Below are positions 26,490 through 38,640 of a DNA stretch of 63,755 nucleotides, piece after piece. The position numbers were made by a program, and so were the translations under genes. The stretch is taken from NCBI RefSeq assembly GCF_001194135.2, contig NC_068983.1, positions 56,045,393 to 56,109,147 of the forward strand, read 5' to 3'. The DNA is from Octopus bimaculoides. Its lineage: Eukaryota. Under the pieces are notes generated by a model. It ran no database searches, was not told the DNA's origin, and saw nothing but the letters and a program-made list of their open reading frames with translations. How positions within the stretch are numbered: the first letter of the stretch is position 1; every line of letters starts with the position of its first letter.

Positions 26490-27206
26490 NNNNNNNNNNN
26501 NNNNNNNNNNNNNNNNNNNNNNNNNNNNNNNNNNNNNNNNNNNNNNNNNNNNNNNNNNNNNNNNNNNNNNNNNNNNNNNNNNNNNNNNNNNNNNNNNNNN
26601 NNNNNNNNNNNNNNNNNNNNNNNNNNNNNNNNNNNNNNNNNNNNNNNNNNNNNNNNNNNNNNNNNNNNNNNNNNNNNNNNNNNNNNNNNNNNNNNNNNNN
26701 NNNNNNNNNNNNNNNNNNNNNNNNNNNNNNNNNNNNNNNNNNNNNNNNNNNNNNNNNNNNNNNNNNNNNNNNNNNNNNNNNNNNNNNNNNNNNNNNNNNN
26801 NNNNNNNNNNNNNNNNNNNNNNNNNNNNNNNNNNNNNNNNNNNNNNNNNNNNNNNNNNNNNNNNNNNNNNNNNNNNNNNNNNNNNNNNNNNNNNNNNNNN
26901 NNNNNNNNNNNNNNNNNNNNNNNNNNNNNNNNNNNNNNNNNNNNNNNNNNNNNNNNNNNNNNNNNNNNNNNNNNNNNNNNNNNNNNNNNNNNNNNNNNNN
27001 NNNNNNNNNNNNNNNNNNNNNNNNNNNNNNNNNNNNNNNNNNNNNNNNNNNNNNNNNNNNNNNNNNNNNNNNNNNNNNNNNNNNNNNNNNNNNNNNNNNN
27101 NNNNNNNNNNNNNNNNNNNNNNNNNNNNNNNNNNNNNNNNNNNNNNNNNNNNNNNNNNNNNNNNNNNNNNNNNNNNNNNNNNNNNNNNNNNNNNNNNNNN
27201 NNNNNN

Positions 27207-27255
<49 letters not shown>

Positions 27256-28851
27256 TATAATGTTTGTTGTGCTTGCATATATGTCTTTACATATGATTAA
27301 ATGCACACCGAGTTGTGTGTATCTCACACACGTATATGTGTGTGCATGTTGCTGAATCGAAAATAACATTTGTTCAAGGTTTGTCACTTGGAATTCTTTC
27401 TTTTTCTTTTTTTTCTTTTTTTGCAGCAGCAATGGGATTTATAATTCATATAGTTTGATCACATATGCGTGTGTATACATTGATAACATCCACAAAGAAC
27501 CACTCAGACCGCTCTCTATTTCTCTTTGTCACATTCTCTCTCTCGCACACACACTGTATAAATATATGAGTGTGTGTGGGTGTCTCTATGTATGTGTGTA
27601 TATATATATATACACATATATATATATATATACATAGATATAAATATATATATAATGTATATATATACATATATTCACACATATTGATGACGATGATGAT
27701 GTTATAAATATATACATATATATATATATTATATATATATATATTATATATATGCACGTATGTATATTTTTTTTTCAAACTATCTCTCTCACTCGTTCTC
27801 TCTGTATATATGTATGTGTGTGTGTTAGTGTACATGTGCAATATATACACAGTATACAGACATACATACGTCTTTAGGTTTTATATGAGTTTGAATTTGC
27901 TAAAAATATTCAATAAGATTGTCACTTCACCAGATTTTAATGTTCATCTTTCCTGTCAAACCACTTTTTCTTTGGCGCCTTCAAGTTTCTTCCTTTCTTC
28001 TTTCTTTCTTTCTTTCTTTCTTTCTTTTCTTTTCTTTTTCTTCCCAGAAAGATGTCACTTTTACTTTTTATACTTATCATATTCTTGATGCTTCAAACAT
28101 TCATTCTTACCATTCTCAGAAAGACCACCACTACCAAACTGTCCACACCTCCCCCCATCCCACTCTCTACTCCACCTCACTTGAAGTTTCATTTTAATGA
28201 GTTTTCTAAGTTGTCTTTTCCAATCTCTGTCCCTGTCTCTTTATCTAGCTTTCTGTCTGTCTGTCAGTCTGTCTTTCTAACTATTTGTCTTTTAACTGTC
28301 TGTTTTTCTATCTTATCTTCTGTCTATCTGTGTATCTGTTTGTTCCTCTATTTAGTTACCTGTCTGTCTATCTGTCTATCTATCTGTCTAGCTATCTGTC
28401 TAGGTGCCTGTCTCTATGTCTATCTGTCTCTCTGTCTGTTCATCCATCTATTTTTTACTCTTTTACTTGTTTCAGTCCTTTGACTGCGGCCATGCTGGAG
28501 CACCGCCTTTAGTCGAGGAAATCAACCCCCAAGACTTATTCTTTGTAAGCCTAGTACTTATTCTATAAGTCTCCTTTGCTGAACCACTAAGTTATGGGGA
28601 CATAAACACACCAGCATTAGTTGTCAAGCGATGTTGTGGGGACAAACACAGACACACAAACACACACACACATACATACATATATATGACGGGTTTCTTT
28701 CAGTTTCCGTCTACCAAATCCACTCACAAGGCTTTGGTTGACCCGAGGCTATAGTAGAAGACACTTGCTCAAGGTGCCATGCAGTGGGACTGAAGCCAGA
28801 ACCATGTGGTTCATAAGCAAGCCACTTACCACACTGCCACTCCTACATCTG

Positions 28852-28947
<96 letters not shown>

Positions 28948-28964
28948 CATTTCTGTTATTAGCC

Positions 28965-29350
28965 ACAGGGGCATAGATGAGGGGGACCTTGCAAGTCTAG
29001 ACAACTATTTGTGTGGGGCCTTACATAAAAGATGGGAAGACAGAAATGGAACAGACAGTGAAATATGATAAAAGTATAGAAAGTATGTGACAGCATGAAT
29101 GATGCAGTCCTTCTGATACAGAAGAAGCTCCATCTAGGGCCAATCAAGAAGCCTCACAGATCTAAGATTATACTGACCACCAAAGGCACAAAACCTCACC
29201 CAAATGTTGTTCTTCAATCCATAGGTATGCCTAGAGTAGGGCCATTCACTTTAACCATTATTACCACAGTCACTCATCTTTTGACAAGTCCATTTGGAGG
29301 CAATTTTTACTTCTCTACTTTCACTTTCCTTTCCAAGTGGAACTTTGAGA
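28965..29350 (-). mobile_element. Tx1/L1-like LINE 3' end
   Basis: Collinear similarity to 23985-24275 (gcatgaatgatgcag...agagtagg(g)ccattcac..taaccatt). Confidence 0.55.
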
Positions 29351-30263
29351 AATTTGTTATTGATAATGTTACAATGCAAAGTCACAAAGACATTTGGGAT
29401 GTACTCACATACAGGTATGCAAAAATAAGGACTATATATTGGGGTATATTAGATCAAAAAAAAAAAAAAATTATGCATGGTTCTGGGTTCACTTCCACTG
29501 CATCATACCTTGGGCAAGTGTCTTATACTATAACCTCGGGCTGACCAAAGCCTTGTGAGTGGATTTGGTAGACAGAAACTGAAAGAAGCCCGTTGTATAT
29601 ATATATATACATATACATATATATATATATGTATNNNNNNNNNNNNNNNNNNNNNNNNNNNNNNNNNNNNNNNNNNNNNNNNNNNNNNNNNNNNNNNNNN
29701 NNNNNNNNNNNNNNNNNNNNNNNNNNNNNNNNNNNNNNNNNNNNNNNNNNNNNNNNNNNNNNNNNNNNNNNNNNNNNNNNNNNNNNNNNNNNNNNNNNNN
29801 NNNNNNNNNNNNNNNNNNNNNNNNNNNNNNNNNNNNNNNNNNNNNNNNNNNNNNNNNNNNNNNNNNNNNNNNNNNNNNNNNNNNNNNNNNNNNNNNNNNN
29901 NNNNNNNNNNNNNNNNNNNNNNNNNNTATATATATATATAAGAGTGTAGTGGGTGCTTTTACGTGCCACCAGCAGGAAGGAGTGGGGACATAGACCAGGC
30001 CCTTCACATAACCCTAGAGAAAAAAAATCGCATGGTGTCAGGTGAGGTGAATGTAACAGCTATTTCAACAGCACATTGTCTTTATCACCAGCCCACCCGA
30101 TCCATCTCCCTCGCAGATTGTCATTGAGATAAGCCCGCAGAGTGAGCTTTCAATGAGAAGGAGTTGCCCTAGCATGGCCACAATCCAGTGACTGAAACAA
30201 GTAGAAAAATAAAAGAAATAAAATAAAATGCCGTATCATTGGAACCCTTAACTCTGAACTCAG

Positions 30264-30429
30264 ATATACGCTGTACGTACTTGCAAAACAGAGTCGCCAA
30301 CTCCAGGCCTATAAACTGGCTCGGTTTGCTTATGATAAGCTGCAAGAGATGAGAATCCCTGTTCACCTGCAGGAGTCCATTAGTTTAGGCAGTTTGATGA
30401 TCAGATCTAAATCCTTCCATGACATGGAG
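30264..30429 (+). CDS. IFT122: IFT122 internal coding exon, phase 2 to 0: (V)[55 protein letters not shown]
   Basis: ccttaactctgaactcag acceptor and GAG|gtaagt donor; 166 nt. GT from the previous exon plus A gives Val. Strong match to recalled human [54 protein letters not shown]. Confidence 0.95.
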
Positions 30430-30717
30430 GTAAGTCAAAAGAATATTTTAACCATTCCATTGTTTGCAGTTTTATTTAGGCACATTGTGGCTTAGAAAAA
30501 GACCAGCCAATCTGTTTGAAATTTGTACAAAATGCTTGACCTAATGAGATTTCTCTTTCTTTCAGATATATCTAAGTCTATCTACAATACAAACTGTTTT
30601 TATCACCTGTTGTATCTTGGGAGGGTTGTTATACCAATAATAAACTCCAAACATGCACGCACACACACTTCTTTTTCTTCACTTCTTTATTTTTCATTTG
30701 TCAGTTGTTTAACTCTT

Positions 30718-31158
30718 GTTGTGTCTTGGAAGGGTCTTCATGCCAGTAATAATAACACCTGCACTGGTTCCAAATCACTTCTTTGTTAGTAGTCAATTGG
30801 TTAAATATCTAGCCGACTAAGTAATCAATTATTTGTTCAATGTGCTGGTTAAACAATCAATCAGTTGTTTGTTTGTCAAAGTTCTTTCATCACAACCTTT
30901 TTTAGTGACTTGCCTCTCTCCTGAGAGTCTGCTTGATACTCAGAGCAGACCTCGAAGAGAAAGAACAAGTCATTGCAGAGGTCAGGAATATCAATAAAAG
31001 GACTTTGACTAACACATAACTGATTGTTTGTTTAACCAGTATACAAAATAAATGGTTGATTAGTTGGTTAGATATTAACCACTTGACTAACAATGTAGAA
31101 GTGATATTGAACCAGTGAATGTGTTATTATTGGTGTAATGACCATACCAAGACACAAC
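30718..31158. repeat. Imperfect long inverted repeat (arms about 165 nt: 30718-30887 and 30996-31158)
   Basis: The arms align as reverse complements by eye at roughly three-quarters identity. Related sequence lies at about 33730-33960, 38740-38850 and 59200-59310. Confidence 0.7.
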
Positions 31159-32015
31159 CAGATTTGTTTCAACACTGGAATTCACATCAGGAATCTTGCA
31201 AACCACGAACAAAAATGAAAGTTTGTAACAGAAAAGAGGTGGTTGTTGAAAAAGTTTGTGAGTCATTGGTCTGTGGACTTGGAAACCAAAATATAAATAA
31301 TGGCTAACTTGTTTGGTTGTCATTGCAGGTGGTTTAGTCGGTAGATGAGACATTCCACCATTGTTTTTAAATAAGTGTTCAGAAAACTTAAAATATATTG
31401 ACATTAAAATACAATGATTGCTCTATAGCTACACATTGTTGTTTTAGAAAACAGCAGTGAGCTGATGGTTAAATCTCTAATTTATTCATTCATTACAAAT
31501 ATTTTTCTTCATTTTTTTTTTTTTTGTGTGTATGTCTTTTTCTTTATATTTGTTCTTCATCTGTTAAAATTCTTCTTATTGAAATAATTTTTAGTTGATT
31601 AATTTTCTAAATTATTTGTTTGTGATTGAATGACTTTCTCATTATTCTCTCTTCTTCACTTTGGAAAGAATTCTGTTTTATAACTGTAAACAATTTTTTT
31701 TTTTTAAATTAATTTTTTTTATAATTCCATTTAATATTTATGACATGTATTTACAAATATGTTTCCATAACTCAACGATTCATTCTTTTAAATTTCCTCT
31801 TCATATTAGCAAACAAAGAAACCAATATAATACCCAGTTATAATAATTTCTGATGACATAGTCTTCAGCAACATGACAGTAATTTTAACAATAAATTATA
31901 TAAATAATGTCCACCCTTCATCCATTGTGACTAAAGCAATGAAAAAAGGCTTTCATTGTATCTCATGAGGGTCATTGTGCCAAAAATCTTTTCTGCTATA
32001 TGCACAAAACCTGAA

Positions 32016-32093
<78 letters not shown>

Positions 32094-32759
32094 ACCCCCG
32101 GTACTTAACTGGTATTTATTTTATTGATTTTGAAAGGAAGAAAGACAGTTAAACTTTGTGAGATTTGAACTCAGAACATAAAGTCAGAAGGAGCATCGTA
32201 TTTTGTCCAGTGTTTTCATGATTCTGCCAGTGCACCACCTTCATTATGAATTTCTTTCTTAACCACAAAGAATTGATACATATGGGGGACAGACAAGGGG
32301 TTGGGGGGATCGTATGAGATGACAACATGAGAACTATAAAATTAAAATGTATAATCATCATCATCATTTAACGTCTGCTTTCCATGCTAGCATGGGTTGG
32401 ACGATTTGACTGAGGACTGGCAAGCCAGAAAGCTGCACCAGGCTCCAATCTGATCTGGCAGAGTTTCTACAGCTGGATGCCCTTCCTAATGCCAACCACT
32501 CCGAGAGTGTAGTGGGTGCTTTTATGTGCCACCGATACGAGGGCCAGTTGGGCAGTTCTGGCAACGGTCACGCTCAAAAAGGTGTTTTTTACGTGCCACC
32601 TGCACGGAAGCCAGTCCAGCGGCACTGGTAATGACTTCGCTTGAATGATTTTCTAACATGCCACCAGCACAAGTATAATGATGTATATAAATAACGAATG
32701 AGATGACAACGAAGTGCGGGACGGGTGTGACCCCACAAACCACGTTCCAGCACTGATCT

Positions 32760-33700
32760 CTTCATATGACTTTTATATTCTTATTCAAGGAGGCACAAAA
32801 TATATAATTCGCTGTCAACATATTCACCACTTTTTCCCATTTTTTCTCGTTCCTACTAGGTGACAAGCGCCTCCTCTCCAGCCTTATTTTCCTCCCGAAA
32901 TGGAAACAAATGAAGTTCTCTGAACCAAGGCCGGAGATGAAGGCACCTGTCATGATTCCTTTTTCTCGCGTCTTCCATATTACCTCTTTCTTTATGGCCA
33001 CTACATAGAGGAAGTATGCTCGCCCTTTCCTATTCAGAGGGTGGTGGAACAATCTTTATTATTGATTCAGATGACAGTTGTACTTTTCGTAGTCATGACA
33101 GCAGTTATTTGACATAAACCCACATTTCCGAAATTCTCGGACACTGCACTATTGTGTGCAGAACAGTTTCACTGCTCTGCTCGTATCTTGGGCATGTGGG
33201 CGAGATCGAAGAGCCATGTCTGGTGAGCTTATCCCAAACTGGTAAGACTCCTTGGTAACATTGCCATGCCAGAGACTTTTGGAAATTGTCTATAGGCCCT
33301 CGCACGAATGTTCTCCGGAACACACTGACAAGTTGACTGTCATTGAAACCTAGAGTTTCCCCCAGATTGTTGTCACACTTGACCTCTACCAACCTTCTAT
33401 AGAATGATGAGGTGGAACCCCCACTGCTGGTGTTACTTGCCCAGGAGAGAAGCATGAGTGCCTGATGACATGCTGATTGCCATACACACCCAGCTTTGGT
33501 CTATGCTTGATCCATGGTTCCAGCTCATGGAAAGAAGTGAACCGAGGAAGTATCAGTTTGACAAACGGAGCCCTCACCTGCTCACCATCCAGGTAGAGCC
33601 AGAGATGCCTCTGCTTCAGTGCATGCCTGCACATTTTTAGCCACAGCATCCCTAGCCCACCCTTCAGCGGTTATTGGCAGCAGATATGACACACAGCAGT
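32760..33700 (-). mobile_element. Tx1/L1-like LINE 3' fragment with zf-RVT-like domain
   Basis: FQKSLAWQCYQGVLPVWDKLTRHGSSISPTCPRYEQSSETVLHTIVQCPRISEMW (CxxC...ETxxHxxxxC), followed by FHFGRKIRLERRRLS...KKWEKV; contains frameshifts and stops. Confidence 0.8.
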
Positions 33701-35259
33701 GGTAAGACCTTCAGGCTGGTGGCACCACCTTCATTATACCAATAATAAACATATGAACCGGTTCTGTTTCATTTCTTTTATTCATCATTATGAGTCAACT
33801 GGTTAACCATTTAACTAATTAACTAATTGATGGTTCAATTAATTGTTTAGTTAATCAAATTGTCTGCTAGATTGGTGTTTATTATTGGCGTAATGACTCT
33901 CCCAAGGGATCACAAAATGTTTCAGCATATAAGTTCACATCAAGAATCTTGCTAAGTACAACAACAACAACAAAATCTCTTTTAGCTTTTCTGGAAAAAA
34001 ACTGAATCCTTTATTCTTTTTGATTCTCAATCACTTTCGTATCATAAGGTGGCTGTTGCAGTGAGTGTTGCTGGCCATTCTTTGCAGCAATGCCTTTGTG
34101 ACCATGTCCTTCTGGTACAGCTAAACACACTTCTTTGTTCTGGTGTGTACAACCTGTTACTCTTTCCCCCCATCTTCTGCTACTTACTCCACACCTCACC
34201 TCACCTTTTTTCTTTTTCTGTTTCTGTTTCCCAGGTTTTCACATTGTATTCGTTTTCTATTTTTCCGTTCTATTTTCCATTCATTTTTCTTAGTAGAAGT
34301 TCTAATACTGATGAGTTTCAAGACTACTTTGATGTACACAACTAATTCAATTTCCCTGTCAACTGGGAAAAGTTTTAGAAAAGTGAAAACATGTAGCATT
34401 ATTTTTGTTTAAATTATTCGTGATACTGGGCTATAAGAAAAAAAATTATGTTTTATCAGTCATAATCTATGAAAAACTGCATGATTAATTATAGGTTTCT
34501 AGTGGGCTCGTCAGTGGCTTATTGGGCAGTACTAACAGCAAGAGCTTCAAGGGAGTGACAAGCTTGATAAGAACAAATAAAGCCAGTACCCTCTTCACTG
34601 CAACCCTCCTCAGCTGAGACGTCTTGTCTTCTGAGTTACTTTCTAACTCCTGTGGTGCTGGTGCTGTGTAAAAAGTACTCTGTACATTGTACATTCTGTA
34701 AACTAGTTAACGTTAGTGTGTATGTGTTTGTGTCATGATAGATCGCTAACCACTACACACATAATTTTTCTCTCCTTCTTTTTCTCTCCTTTTTTTTTCT
34801 CTCCTTTTTTTTTCTCTCCTTGTTTCTCTCCTTGTTTATTTCTGTGTTCCTTTGTGCAAGAGCATAGGCTCGAAACGTGAAAGACTTTTTCAATTCCCGA
34901 GCGTTATACTAATACATCTGTTTGTTTTCTACACCACCTGTCTTCGTCTTTTTTTTGTTTTTTTTGTGAGTTCTCCCTATGTGTATATATATAATAGAAA
35001 AATTATACAAAATGTATAAATAGATGATGAGTAAAGCACTGGCACAGTTTCGATTACCTAGAACTTTGTAGTGGAATTTTTTTTTTATTCATTCTTGAAT
35101 TTGATGGACATATAGTGGTACGTAAGCTGACTCAGAAAATCTCTAGTGAGACTTTTTATTGATGTACCCAAAGAGACCCAGAATGGGTCGAAACATGTGT
35201 TGTACCCAATAAAATCTATTACACATTCCATCTATTTTATTAATACTGTTATATATATA

Positions 35260-35296
<37 letters not shown>

Positions 35297-35899
35297 NNNN
35301 NNNNNNNNNNNNNNNNNNNNNNNNNNNNNNNNNNNNNNNNNNNNNNNNNNNNNNNNNNNNNNNNNNNNNNNNNNNNNNNNNNNNNNNNNNNNNNNNNNNN
35401 NNNNNNNNNNNNNNNNNNNNNNNNNNNNNNNNNNNNNNNNNNNNNNNNNNNNNNNNNNNNNNNNNNNNNNNNNNNNNNNNNNNNNNNNNNNNNNNNNNNN
35501 NNNNNNNNNNNNNNNNNNNNNNNNNNNNNNNNNNNNNNNNNNNNNNNNNNNNNNNNNNNNNNNNNNNNNNNNNNNNNNNNNNNNNNNNNNNNNNNNNNNN
35601 NNNNNNNNNNNNNNNNNNNNNNNNNNNNNNNNNNNNNNNNNNNNNNNNNNNNNNNNNNNNNNNNNNNNNNNNNNNNNNNNNNNNNNNNNNNNNNNNNNNN
35701 NNNNNNNNNNNNNNNNNNNNNNNNNNNNNNNNNNNNNNNNNNNNNNNNNNNNNNNNNNNNNNNNNNNNNNNNNNNNNNNNNNNNNNNNNNNNNNNNNNNN
35801 NNNNNNNNNNNNNNNNNNNNNNNNNNNNNNNNNNNNNNNNNNNNNNNNNNNNNNNNNNNNNNNNNNNNNNNNNNNNNNNNNNNNNNNNNNNNNNNNNNN

Positions 35900-35930
<31 letters not shown>

Positions 35931-35991
35931 TAGATAGATAGATATATTTAGATAGATAGATAGATTGATAAATAGATAGATAAATAGATAG

Positions 35992-36066
<75 letters not shown>

Positions 36067-36589
36067 TACATATATTTATTTTAAATTAAATATAAGGATA
36101 AAATCTATATAAGAATTTATCAAGTAGCCAGCGTGAAAAACCACTTAAGGAAAAAATTAATACAATATATATAATTATTCCCTTTAAATACATGTATTAT
36201 ATTAAGGGCACATTTGACATGGTTATATAAGTGTGAACATTTCTGTGTTAGATACATTTGGTGTTCATCTGGTATGTAAATATTTTGTTCATCTTTATGT
36301 ATTCTGATTATGCCTGCACTGACGATTAAAAAGTGGATTATGTACACTAACTATGAAATCATATGATTTGCGGCTGAATCTGTTTTTAAAAGATGACTTC
36401 TAAGTTGCATTCCCTCGCTGTCGGTACACTGTATATTTATTAAAGTAGTTTTGATTTTAAGTGTCCCTTATAGCGTGAGGCATCTACGTGTAGTAATGCC
36501 CTTAATATATTACATATACCTATATCTATATACATAAATGTGTAATGGTGTCTGTCTGTGTGTTTGGGGGTTACTCTAACTCCTCCCAC

Positions 36590-37400
36590 ACTGTCCAACC
36601 GATTTTAATGATTTTTGGCACAGGCAGATAACATGCCCTAAAGCTCAAATAAGGCCGGAATTTTTCAAAAACTCTATAATGCTCAGTTGGCATCTTTTTC
36701 TGAGCTCAATCGGGTGTTTAAATAGAAATTCCCATTACAATGTTATTTTTCCTGCAGCTTTTGCATTTTTTGTCTGATTTTGATGAAAATCAATGAGTGA
36801 GCAAAGCTCCTGGCAGTGAGTTGATGTCAGTATATGGTGTTGACAAAAAATCGATAATTGCACCTGAGCAGTAGTCTTATAAAATCAATTGGCATTCTGA
36901 GTGCAAATACCCAAAAGGATTTTATTTTGGGCTGTAACTTTTATGTTTTTTATCCTATTTTAATGAAATTAAAGAAGTAGGTGAATTTTGTTGGGGGGAG
37001 ACAGTAAAGGTGTTTTTTTTAATTCAAAAGGGCTTGAAAGGGTACAAATGCAAATAAGCATTTCCTTAGAGGCATTCTTATCGATTTTGTAGAAATTTTA
37101 CACTTGATTACAATTCATGTCCACTAGTTGATACCAGCATGACGAGTTGACAAAAAATCGATAATTGCATATGAGCGGGAGATTTTAGATTTTGAAGAAT
37201 ATTGACCCATGAGTAAAATTAAGCATTTCGACATATGAAACACCGATTATTCATATAATGTATTAGGATTTAAAAGTCACTGGAATATTTTCATATAAAT
37301 AGTCACATGGATTCTATTTTGTGACATAACCTTAACACTTTCCTTTGGATTTTACTGAGATTGGACATGCTGATCAATTTTGTAAAGAGGGTGGCATTAA
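36590..37400 (+). mobile_element. Internally repetitive non-autonomous element (rolling-circle/DNA-transposon-like, family unassigned)
   Basis: Recurrent ccgattttaatga(a)att-type motif at about 36600, 36774, 36955 and 37081; gttgacaaaaaatcgataattgca occurs twice (36838, 37146). Confidence 0.4.
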
Positions 37401-37665
37401 GGGGAGAGAAATAAACAAACATCACTCTCAATGGGTCAAGGTACACCCAAAAGTTTAACTGTGACTTCAGATGGTTCAGTATATAGGAGTAAGTCGAAAG
37501 CGTTAACCTGGTAAAATCCCTGCCAAACCAGTTATAACATCTTAATGGGTAATAGTTGGCATGGGGAATGTAGAAGATTTCAATACAAGGTCAGAGGTGG
37601 GCTTCACTTCAACACGGAAAACATGAGCAACACTGGGTCCAACAGCTAGTATATATATATATATA

Positions 37666-38210
37666 TCATCATCATCATTGTTTAACGTCTGCTTTCCATG
37701 ATAGCATGGGTTGGACGATTTGACTGAGGACTGGCGAACCAGATGGCTGCACCAGGCTCCAATCTGATCTGGCAGAGTTTCTACAGCTGGATGCTCTTCC
37801 TAATGCCAACCACTCTGAGAGTGTAGTGGGTGCTTTTACGTGCCACCAGCATGAGGACCAGTTTGGTGGTACTGGCAACGGCCATGCTCAAATGGTGTAT
37901 TTTACACACCACCTGTATAGGAGCCAGTCCAGTGGAACTGGCAGCAACCTCGCTCGAATGTTTTTTCATGTGCCACCAGCACAAGTGCCAGTATGGCGAC
38001 GCTGGTAATGATCATGCTCAAATGGTGCCTTTTACATGCCACTAGCACGAAAGCCAGACAGCTGCTGTGGCAAGGATCATGCTCGGATGGTGCTGTTAGC
38101 ACTCCACTTGCATGGGTGCCAGTCATCGAATTTGGTTCAATTACGATTTCAATTTTGATTTCACTTGCCCCAACAGGTCTTCGCAAGCAGAGTTTAGTGT
38201 CCAATGAAGG
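37666..38210 (-). mobile_element. Longest copy of the (GAT)n-tailed retroposon, with four diverged ~65-nt internal modules
   Basis: Same 3' end as 6430-6645; recurring module ttttacgtgccacc...tggca...catgctcaaatggtg. Confidence 0.75.
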
Positions 38211-38469
38211 AAAGGTATGCATAAGTGGGATATATATATATATAGATATCCATGTGTATGTATGCGTGTGTATGTATGCGTGTGTATGTATGCATGTGTA
38301 TGTATGTGTGTATGATTTTTCTTTAAGTTTAATTTAAGTTCTTTTTGATAGAACTCAAGCCAGTTGCTAACAAAGTGACAAGAATTTCTGAGTTAAGAAA
38401 GTCCCCAATATTTTAGATATGTGATTGAGTTGGCGTGCTGGTTGAACCTTTGATGCATCTATTCACATT

Positions 38470-38640
38470 AGAATCTTAGAAGGAGAATTTTTGGAATGTG
38501 TTACAGTGCTTCATTGTGCCACAAATAGATTGGATCTGCATCAGTTTCTTTCGCTCTTTCTCTGTAAAACCAAGTATTTCTAGGTTTGCGTGCAAATTTG
38601 TTGGTACGTAACCTAATGCACCCATGACAAAGGGTAAAAA
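38470..38640 (-). mobile_element. Degenerate REL-endonuclease LINE C-terminal fragment
   Basis: Minus strand PFVMGALGYVPTNLHANLEILGFTEKERKKLMQIQSICGTMKHCNTFQKF. Confidence 0.5.

Larger units (their letters stand above)
17607..30263 (+). other. U12-type (minor spliceosome) GT-AG intron of IFT122, 12,657 nt
   Basis: 5' splice site GTATCCTTT at 17607. Branch-site motif CCCTTAAC at 30245-30252, 11 nt before the end of the intron. No polypyrimidine tract (upstream sequence is A-rich). Phases are compatible across the junction. Confidence 0.9.

Noticed and set aside
34490-34694. GC-richer segment with short ORFs on both strands
   Set aside because: Splice signals are weak and no protein is recognisable; probably an old repeat.
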